DNA of 64,000 nucleotides from Minisyncoccia bacterium (GCA_044228445.1 JBGAUV010000001.1:79827-143826), one strand, 5' to 3'. Shown: positions 10,510 through 21,196, counted from the stretch's first letter. Program-made: numbers and translations. The notes: a model not told the origin generated them from the sequence alone.

Positions 10510-12459
10510 ATGAATAAAAAATACTTAAAGATTTTTATACTTTCGATACTGTTCATAGGAATAGGGTATTTTGTCTTTCCAAATAAAGCACAGGCGCAAC
10601 TTATTAGTCCAGTCACAGAAACACTAGTAAAACTAACTGAAGGTACTATTGTAGGTAAGGTTGCAAAAAATGCAGTTACTGAAACTTTAAACTATATTTC
10701 ATATACTGTGCTTACGATTTCAGCAACCTTTGTTTCAATGGCGGGAATATTTTTAAGTTTCTCTATTAAATTAACCCTTAATATAAAAGAACTATATGAA
10801 ACTAGTGGAAGTATAAAAAATATATGGGTAACCGTGAGAGATCTTTCTAGTATATTTATAATATTTATATTATTGTATGAATCAATAAAAATGATCTTGG
10901 GTTTGAAAGGTCAAGGATTTAATGAAACCGTAGTAAAGATTTTTATTGCTGGTATGTTAATAAATTTTAGTTTGGTTATATTTAAAATACCTATAGATTT
11001 TTCAAATTTAGCTTCAATACAATTCTATAATGCTATAACTCCAGGGACTTCTCAAACCCTAAATCTAGATTCAGCATTTAATGATGGGGGACTATCTAAT
11101 GCTTATATGCAAAGTATGCAAGTCTGGACTGTTTTTAGTAAATTAAATTTAAACACAGCAAGCGCTTCAGCCGCAATTACATCTACCACTGTTGCTGGTT
11201 TTGTTATGATGTTAATGGCAGGTTTTAGTTTTCTAGCTGCTGCGGTTGCATTTACAATTAGAACGGGATTGTTGTTATTTATTTTAGTACTTTCACCCTT
11301 ATATTTTGCTGGAATTATTTTTCCCGAAATAGAAAAAAAAGTTTCAAAGAGGCTAATGGAAGGTTTGATCAATCAGTGTGTATTTATGCCAGTGTACCTA
11401 TTTTTAACTTATATATCCCTTAAAATAATAACCGATACGAGTTATATATCTTACTTTAATCAAATACAAGGAGATAAAAACTTTGGTTCTTTACTTGCCC
11501 TTGTTATGAGATTCTCAGTTGCTTTCATTTTTGTAAATGCACCTTTAGTTATAGCTATTGAACTAGGTGGTTATGGTATGAAATGGGCTCCAGGAGGAAA
11601 AGAATTTGGTAATTTCTTTAAAAATATTGGTTTAGGAATTACCGGAGCTTTAGGAAGAAACACTCTTGGAAGAGTAGGCAGACTTGCTGGTGAACAATTT
11701 GATAACATAGCAGCAAACTCTCAATCAAGTAAGTTTGGAAGAGGGGCGTCTAAGGCTTTGAGACTGGTTGGTGTGAGCCAAGCTGTCCGTGGTGGTCTAA
11801 CTAGTATGGAAAAAGGTAAGTATGGTAGCAAACAGAGCTTGGGAGATGTAGAAAAAGAAGATAAAGCAAGAGCAAAAGAAGTTGCAGGAATTGGTAAGTT
11901 AAATAGACAACTTGGAGTTATTGAGTCAATTAGAAATATAGATCCAAATAAGGCAGTACAGAAAGATGATATAGAAAAGTTTGCAAAAACGATAAGTGAG
12001 ATGAGCTCAAAGGATATAGAAAACCTTTCAATGGAATTATTAAAAAATCCAATTATAGCTTCGGCAATACCGGTAAGTAAATGGGATTCATTAGTTAAGA
12101 GTGATAACTTAAATGTAGATGAAGTAGATGAGATTAAAAAAGCACGAAAGGATGGTATGAATAAAATATACAATGAACATGGTGCTGATTATCTTATTAC
12201 TAAACACTTAAAGATGAAAGCTTCTGAAATAGCTAAACTTTCTGAATCAATACTGACCAAAAAAGACGTTTCTATTCTACTTTCTGCAGATACATTGAAA
12301 AAAATACAGGAAGAGGAAATGAAACAAGCTGACAGAGATATAATTAGAAGTAATATTGAAGCTGAATATCGTAAGTTAAGTGCCACAGGATCTGTACCTA
12401 AACAACTTGAAAAAGCATTTGGTTATTTAACAAATGGTTCAGGATCAACATTATTCTAA
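10510..12459 (+). CDS. VirB6/TrbL-like polytopic membrane protein
   Basis: Multiple TM helices, WVTVRDLS, LINFSL, RxxLLFILVLSPLYF pattern, Gly-rich cytoplasmic tail; next to VirB4. Confidence 0.7.
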   Translation: MNKKYLKIFILSILFIGIGYFVFPNKAQAQLISPVTETLVKLTEGTIVGKVAKNAVTETLNYISYTVLTISATFVSMAGIFLSFSIKLTLNIKELYETSGSIKNIWVTVRDLSSIFIIFILLYESIKMILGLKGQGFNETVVKIFIAGMLINFSLVIFKIPIDFSNLASIQFYNAITPGTSQTLNLDSAFNDGGLSNAYMQSMQVWTVFSKLNLNTASASAAITSTTVAGFVMMLMAGFSFLAAAVAFTIRTGLLLFILVLSPLYFAGIIFPEIEKKVSKRLMEGLINQCVFMPVYLFLTYISLKIITDTSYISYFNQIQGDKNFGSLLALVMRFSVAFIFVNAPLVIAIELGGYGMKWAPGGKEFGNFFKNIGLGITGALGRNTLGRVGRLAGEQFDNIAANSQSSKFGRGASKALRLVGVSQAVRGGLTSMEKGKYGSKQSLGDVEKEDKARAKEVAGIGKLNRQLGVIESIRNIDPNKAVQKDDIEKFAKTISEMSSKDIENLSMELLKNPIIASAIPVSKWDSLVKSDNLNVDEVDEIKKARKDGMNKIYNEHGADYLITKHLKMKASEIAKLSESILTKKDVSILLSADTLKKIQEEEMKQADRDIIRSNIEAEYRKLSATGSVPKQLEKAFGYLTNGSGSTLF

Positions 12460-12465
12460 AACAAT

Positions 12466-13188
12466 ATGAATTATACTAAAGAACAAAAAAGAAATATTTT
12501 AAAAAACTTACCTGAAGATTTGAAGGAAGCTATTTTATCTGTTGAAACTGCTGATAAAATGATGGAAATAGTTAAGAATAATAATTTAATGTTAGATCAG
12601 GCAGCAGAATTAAATGATGAATTAACATTGTTTATGTTAGGACTAACAAGACAAAAAGATTTTGTTGGTAACGTAGCTAGAAGATTAAACATTGATTATA
12701 TAAAAGCTAAAGAAATAGCAGAACAGATAAATAGTTCAATTATTAACTCGGTTAGAATTAGTCTTCAAAAGATACAGGGTAATAATAATCATAATGATGA
12801 TGAGCAAATACCGCCACCACCAACACCAGTAATCAAGGTACCATATATGACCAAACCTGCTCCTGTTGTTAGGGAAGTGCCTAGTTTAATTGAAAAAAAG
12901 GTAGAAACTCCTCATATACAAAAACCAATGGAAACAATGGTTGAAAAGGCTTTACCTACACCTCCACCACCAACCAATCTTCCTGGAGTAACGATACCAG
13001 AAAAGCCAAACTATAATCCTTTTGTAAAACCAATTGAAAATCAGGGTGAAATAGATATAAAGAAAATAATAACTGAAGAGGAAGCATCACACCAAGATAT
13101 AGCAAAGATAGAAGAGATGGGAAACTTTACGATTGAGAGACATAATAACGAAACCCACAACGATCCATACCGAGAACCTTTAATATAA
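12466..13188 (+). CDS. Hypothetical protein, helical N-domain + Pro-rich tail ending DPYREPLI
   Basis: 240 aa ORF in operon. Confidence 0.7.
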   Translation: MNYTKEQKRNILKNLPEDLKEAILSVETADKMMEIVKNNNLMLDQAAELNDELTLFMLGLTRQKDFVGNVARRLNIDYIKAKEIAEQINSSIINSVRISLQKIQGNNNHNDDEQIPPPPTPVIKVPYMTKPAPVVREVPSLIEKKVETPHIQKPMETMVEKALPTPPPPTNLPGVTIPEKPNYNPFVKPIENQGEIDIKKIITEEEASHQDIAKIEEMGNFTIERHNNETHNDPYREPLI

Positions 13189-13203
13189 TGTTATAATACA
13201 ATC

Positions 13204-13635
13204 ATGCGTTTTCAGGTCCCTCAATTTATAGAAGTAGAAGATAAGATCTTTGGAAAGATTACATTGAAACAGTTCATATATCTTGCTGGTGGAGGAGGAC
13301 TTTGTTTTGCAATATTTAGATTTTTACCTTCACTACTGTATTCTGGAATTCCTATTTTATTAATAGCTACGTTTTCTTTAGCTTTAGCTTTTTATAAAAT
13401 AAATAATAAACCGTTTATATATATAGTGGAAGCAGCTTTCAAATATTTTTTTGCTTCAAAACTATATATATGGAAGAAACAAGAGGTAATAAAGAAAGAG
13501 GATAGTGAAGAAAAGAAAGATGCAAAACAATATGCTTCAATTATGGTTCCAAAGATATCAGATAGCAAACTTAAGGACCTTACATGGAGTTTGGATATAA
13601 AAGAAAGTATGTATACAAATAAAAATCAAAAATAA
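13204..13635 (+). CDS. PrgI family (VirB3-like) membrane protein
   Basis: FQVPQFIEVEDKIFGKITLKQF followed by two TM helices. Confidence 0.85.
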   Translation: MRFQVPQFIEVEDKIFGKITLKQFIYLAGGGGLCFAIFRFLPSLLYSGIPILLIATFSLALAFYKINNKPFIYIVEAAFKYFFASKLYIWKKQEVIKKEDSEEKKDAKQYASIMVPKISDSKLKDLTWSLDIKESMYTNKNQK

Positions 13636-14267
13636 TGGCTCAAAATGCAAAAACAACACAAGACTTCGTACCAATCCAAGAAATAAGGGATGGTATTGTT
13701 ATACTAAAAGATGGTTCAATGAGAGCTTTGGTCTTGGCTTCTTCACTAAACTTCGCTCTAAAATCTACAGATGAACAAAATTCAATCATATTTCAATTCC
13801 AAAATTTCTTAAACTCACTTGATTTCTCTGTACAGATATTTGTTCAATCAAAAAAGCTTGATATAAGGCCATATATTGCTCTTTTAGAAGAAAGATACAA
13901 AGAGCAAATGACAGAATTAATGAAAATTCAAACTAGAGAATATATTGAATTCATAAAAACTTTTGTTGAAAACTCAAACATTATGACAAAAAGCTTTTTT
14001 CTAGTAATACCATACAACCCTCCGGCAATAAATGCATCAAACAACCCTCTTAGTGGAATATTAGGTAATAAAAGTGGGGGAAACATGGTTGCAAATGATG
14101 TTTTTGAAGAATACCGAAGCCAACTAGAGCAAAGAATAGGTGTTGTTGAACAGGGTTTGGTTAGATGTGGAATAAGGGTTGCTGAACTTGGTACAGAAGA
14201 AGTGGTAGAATTGTATTATAAGATTTTCAATCCTGGAGAAACTGAAAAACCTATTCAAATAAATTAA
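13635..14267 (+). CDS. TraC/VirB4 N-terminal-like protein
   Basis: IQEIRDGIVILKDG, NFALKSTDEQ, FLNSLDF; between PrgI and VirB4. Confidence 0.75.
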   Translation: MAQNAKTTQDFVPIQEIRDGIVILKDGSMRALVLASSLNFALKSTDEQNSIIFQFQNFLNSLDFSVQIFVQSKKLDIRPYIALLEERYKEQMTELMKIQTREYIEFIKTFVENSNIMTKSFFLVIPYNPPAINASNNPLSGILGNKSGGNMVANDVFEEYRSQLEQRIGVVEQGLVRCGIRVAELGTEEVVELYYKIFNPGETEKPIQIN

Positions 14268-14275
14268 ATAAAAAT

Positions 14276-16096
14276 ATGAGCCTTTTTAGCAAAATACTAG
14301 GAAAAAAAGAAGAAAAAGACCCAGTTATATCTCTAATGCCTCAAGAGATATATGAAGCTGGTGTACTTGAACTAAAGGATGTTATTGCTCCTTCAGCACT
14401 TAAAATAAGTCCAAAAGAGATAAATCTTGGGGAAAAAGTAGCAAGAACATTTTTTGTTATATCTTATCCTCGTTTCCTTTCGGAAAGTTGGTTTGCTCCT
14501 ATAATAAATCTAGATAAAATATTTAATATTTCAATTTTTATCCATCCAGTTGATACGGCTAGAATACTTAGACATTTTCAAAAGAAAGTAGCAGAGGTTC
14601 AAAGTCAGATATCACAAAGAGAAGAGAAGGGGTTAGTTAGAGATCCAATGCTTGATACTGCTTATCAGGATCTTGAGGCTTTGAGAGATAATCTGATGCA
14701 AGCACAAGAAAAAATTTTTGATGTTGGTGTATATATAACTATATATGGTGATACTAGTGCGGAATTAGATAAACTAGAATCAGAAATAAAATCTATATTG
14801 GAGTCAAAACTTGTATATTTAAAACCGGCACTATTTCAACAAGAAAGTGGTTATAGAAGCGTATTACCTATAGCTAGTGATGAACTTCAAGTACATTCAA
14901 AGCTAAATTCTTCACCACTTTCTTCTCTATTTCCTTTCGTATCTTTTGATCTTACATCAGATAAAGGGATACTTTATGGTATAAACAGACACAATTCTTC
15001 ACTAGTTCTATTTGATAGATTTCTACTTGAAAACTATAACTCTGTAACATTTGCAAAGGCAGGAGCAGGAAAGTCATATTGTACAAAACTAGAAATACTT
15101 AGAACACTTATGTTTGATACAGAAGTTATTGTTATTGATCCTGAAAAGGAGTATGAGTACATGGCTGAAGCTACAGGTGGAAAATATTTTAATATTTCAC
15201 TTAATTCAGAACACCATATAAACCCTTTTGATCTACCTATTGCTAGGGAAGATGAGTCTCCAGCTGATGTTTTGCGCTCAAATATCATAAACCTAGTAGG
15301 GTTATTTAGAATAATGCTTGGTGGGTTAACTCAAGAAGAAGATGCAATAATTGATCGTGCAATAACAGAAACTTACGCTTTAAAGGATATTACAGCAGAA
15401 TCAAACTTTAAAAATGTTGAGCCACCTTTACTTTCTGATTTTGAACTAGTACTTGCTGGTATGGAAGGTGCGGAATCTTTAGTTGAAAGATTAAGTAAAT
15501 ATACAAAAGGAACTTGGTCAGGATTTATAAATAGACCATCAAATGTTGATATAAATAGAAAGTTTGTTGTTTTCTCTCTAAGAGATATGGAGGATGAATT
15601 GAAACCAGTTGCAATGTATATAGTTACACATTATATATGGAATGCGGTTAGAAAAAACTTAAAGAAGAGACTGTTGGTAATAGATGAGGCTTGGTGGATG
15701 ATGAAATCAGAAGATACTGCTTCTTTCTTGCTTGGTTTGGCAAAAAGAGGAAGAAAATACTATCTAGGACTTGCAACAATAACTCAGGATGTTGACGATT
15801 TCCTAAAATCTCCTTATGGTTTGCCAATTATTACAAACTCTTCAATACAAATTCTTCTTAAACAATCACCATCATCAATTGATAATATTCAAAAAACATT
15901 CAACCTTACAGATGAAGAAAAATATCTATTGCTAGAATCAGATGTGGGGGAAGGTATATTCTTCGTTGGTCTGAAACATGTTGCATTAAAGATTGTCGCT
16001 TCATATACGGAAGATCAGATTATTACAACAAACCCAGCTCAAGTTTTAGCAATAAAAAAAGCAAAGAAAGATCTAGAATCAAGTGATAATATATAG
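14276..16096 (+). CDS. VirB4-like type IV secretion ATPase
   Basis: Walker A AKAGAGKS, VIDPEKEY, INPFDL, Walker B LLVIDEAW, KRGRKY, ITQD. Confidence 0.9.
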   Translation: MSLFSKILGKKEEKDPVISLMPQEIYEAGVLELKDVIAPSALKISPKEINLGEKVARTFFVISYPRFLSESWFAPIINLDKIFNISIFIHPVDTARILRHFQKKVAEVQSQISQREEKGLVRDPMLDTAYQDLEALRDNLMQAQEKIFDVGVYITIYGDTSAELDKLESEIKSILESKLVYLKPALFQQESGYRSVLPIASDELQVHSKLNSSPLSSLFPFVSFDLTSDKGILYGINRHNSSLVLFDRFLLENYNSVTFAKAGAGKSYCTKLEILRTLMFDTEVIVIDPEKEYEYMAEATGGKYFNISLNSEHHINPFDLPIAREDESPADVLRSNIINLVGLFRIMLGGLTQEEDAIIDRAITETYALKDITAESNFKNVEPPLLSDFELVLAGMEGAESLVERLSKYTKGTWSGFINRPSNVDINRKFVVFSLRDMEDELKPVAMYIVTHYIWNAVRKNLKKRLLVIDEAWWMMKSEDTASFLLGLAKRGRKYYLGLATITQDVDDFLKSPYGLPIITNSSIQILLKQSPSSIDNIQKTFNLTDEEKYLLLESDVGEGIFFVGLKHVALKIVASYTEDQIITTNPAQVLAIKKAKKDLESSDNI

Positions 16097-16136
16097 GTAT
16101 TCAGTAAAGAAAATATAAATAGTGTAAAATAGGGTA

Positions 16137-16556
16137 ATGGATAGAAATGAAATAACTAATAAAACTTGGGTTGGATTGTCTTTTTTAGCACTTTTTAATG
16201 ATTTATTAACACTTATACCAATAGTAGGTGATGTGGTTGGTCCAGTATTTTGGGTTGGTATTGGTTATTATTTCTGGAAAAAAGGGTTGGGTATATTTAA
16301 CTGGAGAAGATTTGTTCCTGAAATAATTTCATTTATTGCAGAATTAATTCCAGGTGTACAAGAATTGCCAAGTATGTTTCTTGGTATGATAATTATTGCT
16401 TTATTAACAAAAATTGAACAAAAAACAGGGATAAACCCGATAAATTTAGTAAAAGGTAAGATTACACCACCTAGAATCGTTAGAAAACCACTGAACAGTG
16501 GAGGGGTAAGACAACCAAAATCTAGTGATATAAGTATAAAAACTGAGGAAATCTAA
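16137..16556 (+). CDS. Hypothetical membrane protein
   Basis: Hydrophobic segments, ELIPG motif, TAAAAT-N6-ATG start. Confidence 0.7.
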   Translation: MDRNEITNKTWVGLSFLALFNDLLTLIPIVGDVVGPVFWVGIGYYFWKKGLGIFNWRRFVPEIISFIAELIPGVQELPSMFLGMIIIALLTKIEQKTGINPINLVKGKITPPRIVRKPLNSGGVRQPKSSDISIKTEEI

Positions 16557-16589
16557 TAAACAATAAACTGTAGCTGTGATAAAATAGTA

Positions 16590-17609
16590 GTGATGAACTT
16601 TTTGTTGAAAACTATAGTATTTATTTTTATTTTGGGTTTCATCTTTAACCCAACCATTTCTATTGCTCAAACACCAACTCCTATAGACGGTGTGAGTATA
16701 AGTATTGATCCTGAGGTACCAGCTCCAGGAAAACAGGCTATAGTAAAACTAGAAAGCTATAATACAGATCTAAATAGCGCAAACATTGTTTGGCAAGTAG
16801 ATAATAAAATCGTCTCTAAAGGTGTGGGTATAACCAAACTAAACATAGTAGCTCCACCAATTGGTAAGGTTATAAGCATATTTGCTTTAATAACTACAGC
16901 GGAAGGCAATGAAGTAAAAAAGGGGATAAATATAAAATCAAGTGATACAGATTTAATATGGGAAAGTGAAGGTTTTATTCCACCATTATATGAAGGAAAA
17001 GCCCATTTCTCTTATCAAAATAAGATAAAAATAATTGCAATTCCGCATATTAAAGGTAGTGGTGATATAGAAGCAGATCCGAAAACTCTAGCATATAAAT
17101 GGACAGTAAATAATAGGGTAATGAAAAATCAATCAGGTTACGGTAAACAAGTATTGATTTTAAAAGATGAATTACCAGTAGATCTATCAGTGCAAGTTGA
17201 AATAATATCAAGAGATGGTAATCAAAAGAGTGTTGCAGGTATGGAATTAAAACCAGGAGATCCCACATTATCATTTTATGAAGACAATCCTTTATATGGT
17301 GTATACTATAATAAATCCCTGTCTGGCAATGTCCGTTTAAAAAATAATGAAATAAGTATATTAGCTGTACCTTATTATTTTAGTAAAATAAAAGATGTTG
17401 ATATATCAAGAGTTTGGAGTATAAACAATATAGAACAACAAGATATAAAAAATAATAATAGTATCACACTAAGAACAAGCCCTGACTCTGAAGGAAGTTC
17501 AAATATTTCTTTGGAAATAAGAGGTGTAAACGACATACTTCAAGGTGCAAAAGATAGTATAAATATACTTTTTAATAAGAAAAAAGATGAAACTAATGTA
17601 ACATTTTAA
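16590..17609 (+). CDS. Secreted beta-rich (Ig/PKD-like) protein
   Basis: Signal peptide; repeated WxVxN beta modules. Confidence 0.65.
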   Translation: MMNFLLKTIVFIFILGFIFNPTISIAQTPTPIDGVSISIDPEVPAPGKQAIVKLESYNTDLNSANIVWQVDNKIVSKGVGITKLNIVAPPIGKVISIFALITTAEGNEVKKGINIKSSDTDLIWESEGFIPPLYEGKAHFSYQNKIKIIAIPHIKGSGDIEADPKTLAYKWTVNNRVMKNQSGYGKQVLILKDELPVDLSVQVEIISRDGNQKSVAGMELKPGDPTLSFYEDNPLYGVYYNKSLSGNVRLKNNEISILAVPYYFSKIKDVDISRVWSINNIEQQDIKNNNSITLRTSPDSEGSSNISLEIRGVNDILQGAKDSINILFNKKKDETNVTF

Positions 17610-17614
17610 ATAAA

Positions 17615-18733
17615 ATGAAAAAAATATATTTATTATTAATAATAACTCTAGCATTTTTTGGAAAATCATTGATAGCTCACGGTGCAATTACCGATGAATA
17701 CAAATTACTTGAACCGATACCATGTATACAAGGAGGGGATGTCCCTTGTTTATCAAATGGTCAAAACGTTCAAACTCTAGATAAAATATCTTTCAATGGT
17801 TATGTGGGTTATGCATATAGATTAACAATAGCTTTAGCTGTGTTTTTAACTGTCGTAATGATGATTGTTGGTGGTTTTGAATATATGCTAAGTGAATCTT
17901 TTACAAAAAAGGGAGCAGGTAAAGATAAGATGAAAGACGCAGCACTAGGATTACTTGGGGTTTTAATTTCATATACAGTACTAGAAACAATAGACCCTAG
18001 GTTGGTACAGATAGGTGTAAATATAGAGCCTATTACTGTAAATAATTTGAGTAGTGGGGGTAATACTAGTGAAAATTTTTTAAATAGTCTAGATCAAGGA
18101 TTGGGATCATTATCAGCACAATCATTAAGAGATGTTGCTAATAGTGGGGAGCAAAGGAGAATAAAACTTGAAAGAATAAAAGAACTTGAGGACCTAATGA
18201 GTAATGAGCAAGAACCAGCAGCGTATAAAGAATATGAAATAGAAAGAGATCGATTAAAATCTGATATCGTAAATATAGATTCAGGCATACAAAAATCTTT
18301 ATTTCAAGCTGTTTCACAAGAAAGTCTTAGAAATTCATTGATTATAATTGATGATTTAGAAAATAAATACAGTTCACTAACAAATAAATTTAATGGTGAA
18401 GATGATGTTAATTTATTAATTAAAAAAATAGAAGATAGATATTCTGCTGTTCAAGACAAGTTAAATGTATCTGATAAACAGCAAATACAGAAAGAAAAAC
18501 AGTTTTATATTGATCAAATAAAAGAAGAGAAAGATTTAATGTCAATTATATTTTTATATAAAAACATAGTTGCAAATAATAGTAAAAAGAAGGAATTAAA
18601 GGATAGTTTAAACAATCTTTCTACTACATATAAAAAACAATTAGATTCGCTATCAAAACTACCGAGTTCGTCATTAAATGAAACCAATAAAGAGTTGTTA
18701 AAAAATAGAATATCAAAAATTGAATCTTTATAA
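17615..18733 (+). CDS. TrbC/VirB2-like pilin domain protein with long helical tail
   Basis: Signal peptide; IALAVFLTVVMMIVGGFEYM...GKDKMKDAALGLLGVLISYTVL...IDP pilin pattern. Confidence 0.75.
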   Translation: MKKIYLLLIITLAFFGKSLIAHGAITDEYKLLEPIPCIQGGDVPCLSNGQNVQTLDKISFNGYVGYAYRLTIALAVFLTVVMMIVGGFEYMLSESFTKKGAGKDKMKDAALGLLGVLISYTVLETIDPRLVQIGVNIEPITVNNLSSGGNTSENFLNSLDQGLGSLSAQSLRDVANSGEQRRIKLERIKELEDLMSNEQEPAAYKEYEIERDRLKSDIVNIDSGIQKSLFQAVSQESLRNSLIIIDDLENKYSSLTNKFNGEDDVNLLIKKIEDRYSAVQDKLNVSDKQQIQKEKQFYIDQIKEEKDLMSIIFLYKNIVANNSKKKELKDSLNNLSTTYKKQLDSLSKLPSSSLNETNKELLKNRISKIESL

Positions 18734-18737
18734 AATA

Positions 18738-19991
18738 ATGAAAAAAACATTTAAAATTATATCTATAATACTGTTGATCGTCCTCATTCTAGGTGGTCTT
18801 TATTTTTGGTTTTTTATAAGAACACCAGATACAAAAAATGGTAATAATGTAAATACAAATTCAATAATGAAAGGTTTTAATCCTTTCAATAGGGAGCCAA
18901 TCAAAATCACACCCAATACAAACACAGGTACAAGTACAGAGGTAATATCAGACAATAATACAAATGTAGTTGTATTAAATAAATTAAGAAAGATATCTGA
19001 TACACCTATAGGGGGTATGAGTGCCAGCTCAACTGTAGTTAGATATATAGATCGGGGTCTAGGACATGTATTTGAACTAGGCGCCACTTCTACAGAAACA
19101 GAAAAAATATCAAACACAACAATACCTAGAGTTTATGAAAGTTATTGGAATAAAAACTTAAATCAAGTTGTTTTAAGGTATATAAAAGCAAATACAGATG
19201 AAATAATAAATTTCTTTGGAGAAATAAGACCTGTAAAATTATCAAGCACAACAGATCAAAATACAACAAAGTATGAAGTAAAAGGTAAGTTTCTATCAAA
19301 AAACATTTCAAATGTAACAGTTTCACCAAAAGGTGATAGGATATTCTATACTGAAATTATAGATGGCAAAACTGTAGGTTATATTTCAAATTTTGATGAT
19401 GCAAAAAAGGTAAAAGTTTTTGATTCTCCTCTTATATATATAAATATAGATTGGCCTGAAGAAAATACACTTATAATGTCTACAAAACCATCTGGTGCTT
19501 CATATGGATATATGTATTCTATAAATATTAAAAACGGTTCACAAAAAAAGATACTTGACGGAAAAAATGGCTTTTCAGCAAAAATAAGTAAGGATTTAAA
19601 GAAAATAATATATTCAAATGCATATCAAGATTCATTTAAAACTTATATATACGATATAGCAAAGAATAAAAATTCTGAAGCAATATTCAATACTTTAGTT
19701 GATAAATGTATATGGAGTAATATAAGAAAAAATGAAGCTTTTTGTGCAGTTCCGAACTCTATTCCTGATGGCTATTATCCGGATGATTGGTATATAGGAA
19801 AAGTTTCTTTTACAGATCAGATATGGCATATAGATACAGAAACTGGGGAAGTTCACTTACTATCAGATCCTCTAAGTGAAAGTAGTGTAAAAATTGATGC
19901 AATAAAACTGGTATTGGATCCAAAAGAGAACTATTTATACTTTATAAATAAACAAGACTTGAGTCTTTGGTCACTTGAGATAAATAAATAA
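18738..19991 (+). CDS. Membrane-anchored TolB-like beta-propeller protein
   Basis: N-terminal TM; VSPKGDRIFY, DPKENYLYF repeats; ATG 18738 avoids overlap with upstream gene. Confidence 0.65.
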   Translation: MKKTFKIISIILLIVLILGGLYFWFFIRTPDTKNGNNVNTNSIMKGFNPFNREPIKITPNTNTGTSTEVISDNNTNVVVLNKLRKISDTPIGGMSASSTVVRYIDRGLGHVFELGATSTETEKISNTTIPRVYESYWNKNLNQVVLRYIKANTDEIINFFGEIRPVKLSSTTDQNTTKYEVKGKFLSKNISNVTVSPKGDRIFYTEIIDGKTVGYISNFDDAKKVKVFDSPLIYINIDWPEENTLIMSTKPSGASYGYMYSINIKNGSQKKILDGKNGFSAKISKDLKKIIYSNAYQDSFKTYIYDIAKNKNSEAIFNTLVDKCIWSNIRKNEAFCAVPNSIPDGYYPDDWYIGKVSFTDQIWHIDTETGEVHLLSDPLSESSVKIDAIKLVLDPKENYLYFINKQDLSLWSLEINK

Positions 19992-19994
19992 TAT

Positions 19995-20714
19995 TTATCT
20001 TATATGGTATTTTCTAACGTAGAGCTCTTGGGCTAAAGTAAATAAGCTTGAAACTGTCCAGTACAAAGCAACCACTGATGATATTTTATAAGAAATAAGA
20101 AATACCATAATAGGGAAGAAATATTTCAAATTTCTAGTCATGTTTTGTGCTATATCGTTTGGATTGCTTGCTCCACTTTTATAACTAACTGATCTTGTGG
20201 CTGGTGAAAAATGTAATTGTAAAAACTGTGATATTCCAGCAATTATAGAAAGGGGTATATTTCTAATACCAATATCAATCAAACCTAAGAAATGCATGTT
20301 TATAACAGGTACAGAAACAAAACCGTATAATATTTCTTTATTTACTTCAGGCAATCCTGAGTGAATAAATATAGAATATAAAGCATATATTATAGGTATT
20401 TGTAAAAACAAAAGAAAAAAACTTGAAAATGGACTAACTCCTTTTGCTTTATATAAAGCCATTGTTTGTAGGGCTTGAGCTTGTTTATCATTGCCAGTTT
20501 TTTCTCTTATTTTTGCAAGTTCAGGTTCAATCTGTTTCATTCTTACCTGAGTGATTATAGACTTCTTGGAAATAGGGAACAATATCAATCTAACTATTAT
20601 TGTAAACACTATTACAGCTATTCCTGCATCCATCCAAGGAAAAACATCTATTAAAAAAACAAGCCCATTATATAAAGGGTTAAAAATATAACTATGATAA
20701 ATATATGAAAACAT
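19995..20714 (-). CDS. yidC: YidC/Oxa1 membrane insertase
   Basis: GIAVIVFTIIVRLILFP, LQIPII, ALYW; synteny with rnpA-rpmH. Confidence 0.93.
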   Translation of the reverse strand: MFSYIYHSYIFNPLYNGLVFLIDVFPWMDAGIAVIVFTIIVRLILFPISKKSIITQVRMKQIEPELAKIREKTGNDKQAQALQTMALYKAKGVSPFSSFFLLFLQIPIIYALYSIFIHSGLPEVNKEILYGFVSVPVINMHFLGLIDIGIRNIPLSIIAGISQFLQLHFSPATRSVSYKSGASNPNDIAQNMTRNLKYFFPIMVFLISYKISSVVALYWTVSSLFTLAQELYVRKYHIR

Positions 20715-20724
20715 ATAGGCTATT

Positions 20725-21060
20725 TTACTTTAAAAGTCCGGTTTTAACAAAGAGATTGATAATTTCTTTCTCTAATGTTTCAAAATCGAGCTTATCGCTA
20801 TTAGGTTTCATTATTATAATTCCCATTACTTTTTTTTGAAGATCAGGGTATAACTCTTTAATTATAGAAAAAACTTTTCTTTTCATCTTATTTCTTACTA
20901 CAGCACTCTTTGATACTTTTTTAGGTATAGATATAGAAAACTGACTGTTTTCAGTCGTTTCCTTTAGTCTAAGAGTAGCTATTGTGCTATGAAAAGGCTT
21001 ACCTTCATCAATAACTATATTGAAAGATGACTTATTTAGTCTCTTTTTCTTTGGGAGCAT
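20725..21060 (-). CDS. rnpA: RNase P protein
   Basis: MLPKKKRL, KKVSKSAVVRNKMKR. Confidence 0.92.
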   Translation of the reverse strand: MLPKKKRLNKSSFNIVIDEGKPFHSTIATLRLKETTENSQFSISIPKKVSKSAVVRNKMKRKVFSIIKELYPDLQKKVMGIIIMKPNSDKLDFETLEKEIINLFVKTGLLK

Positions 21061-21061
21061 A

Positions 21062-21196
21062 TTATATAGCTATTTTCTTTCTACCTTTTGTTCTTCTGCG
21101 CTTTAGAACATTTCTTCCTCCACTTGTTTTTGTTCTAACTAGAAAACCGTGTGATTTTGCGCGCTTTCTTTTCTTTGGTTGATATGTAAATGACAT
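21062..21196 (-). CDS. rpmH: 50S ribosomal protein L34
   Basis: [21 protein letters not shown]...RRRTKGRK; start at ATG 21196. Confidence 0.95.
   Translation of the reverse strand: MSFTYQPKKRKRAKSHGFLVRTKTSGGRNVLKRRRTKGRKKIAI

Noticed and set aside
7928-19991. Conjugative element/ICE
   Set aside because: No relaxase, coupling protein, integrase or compositional break; flanked by core genes
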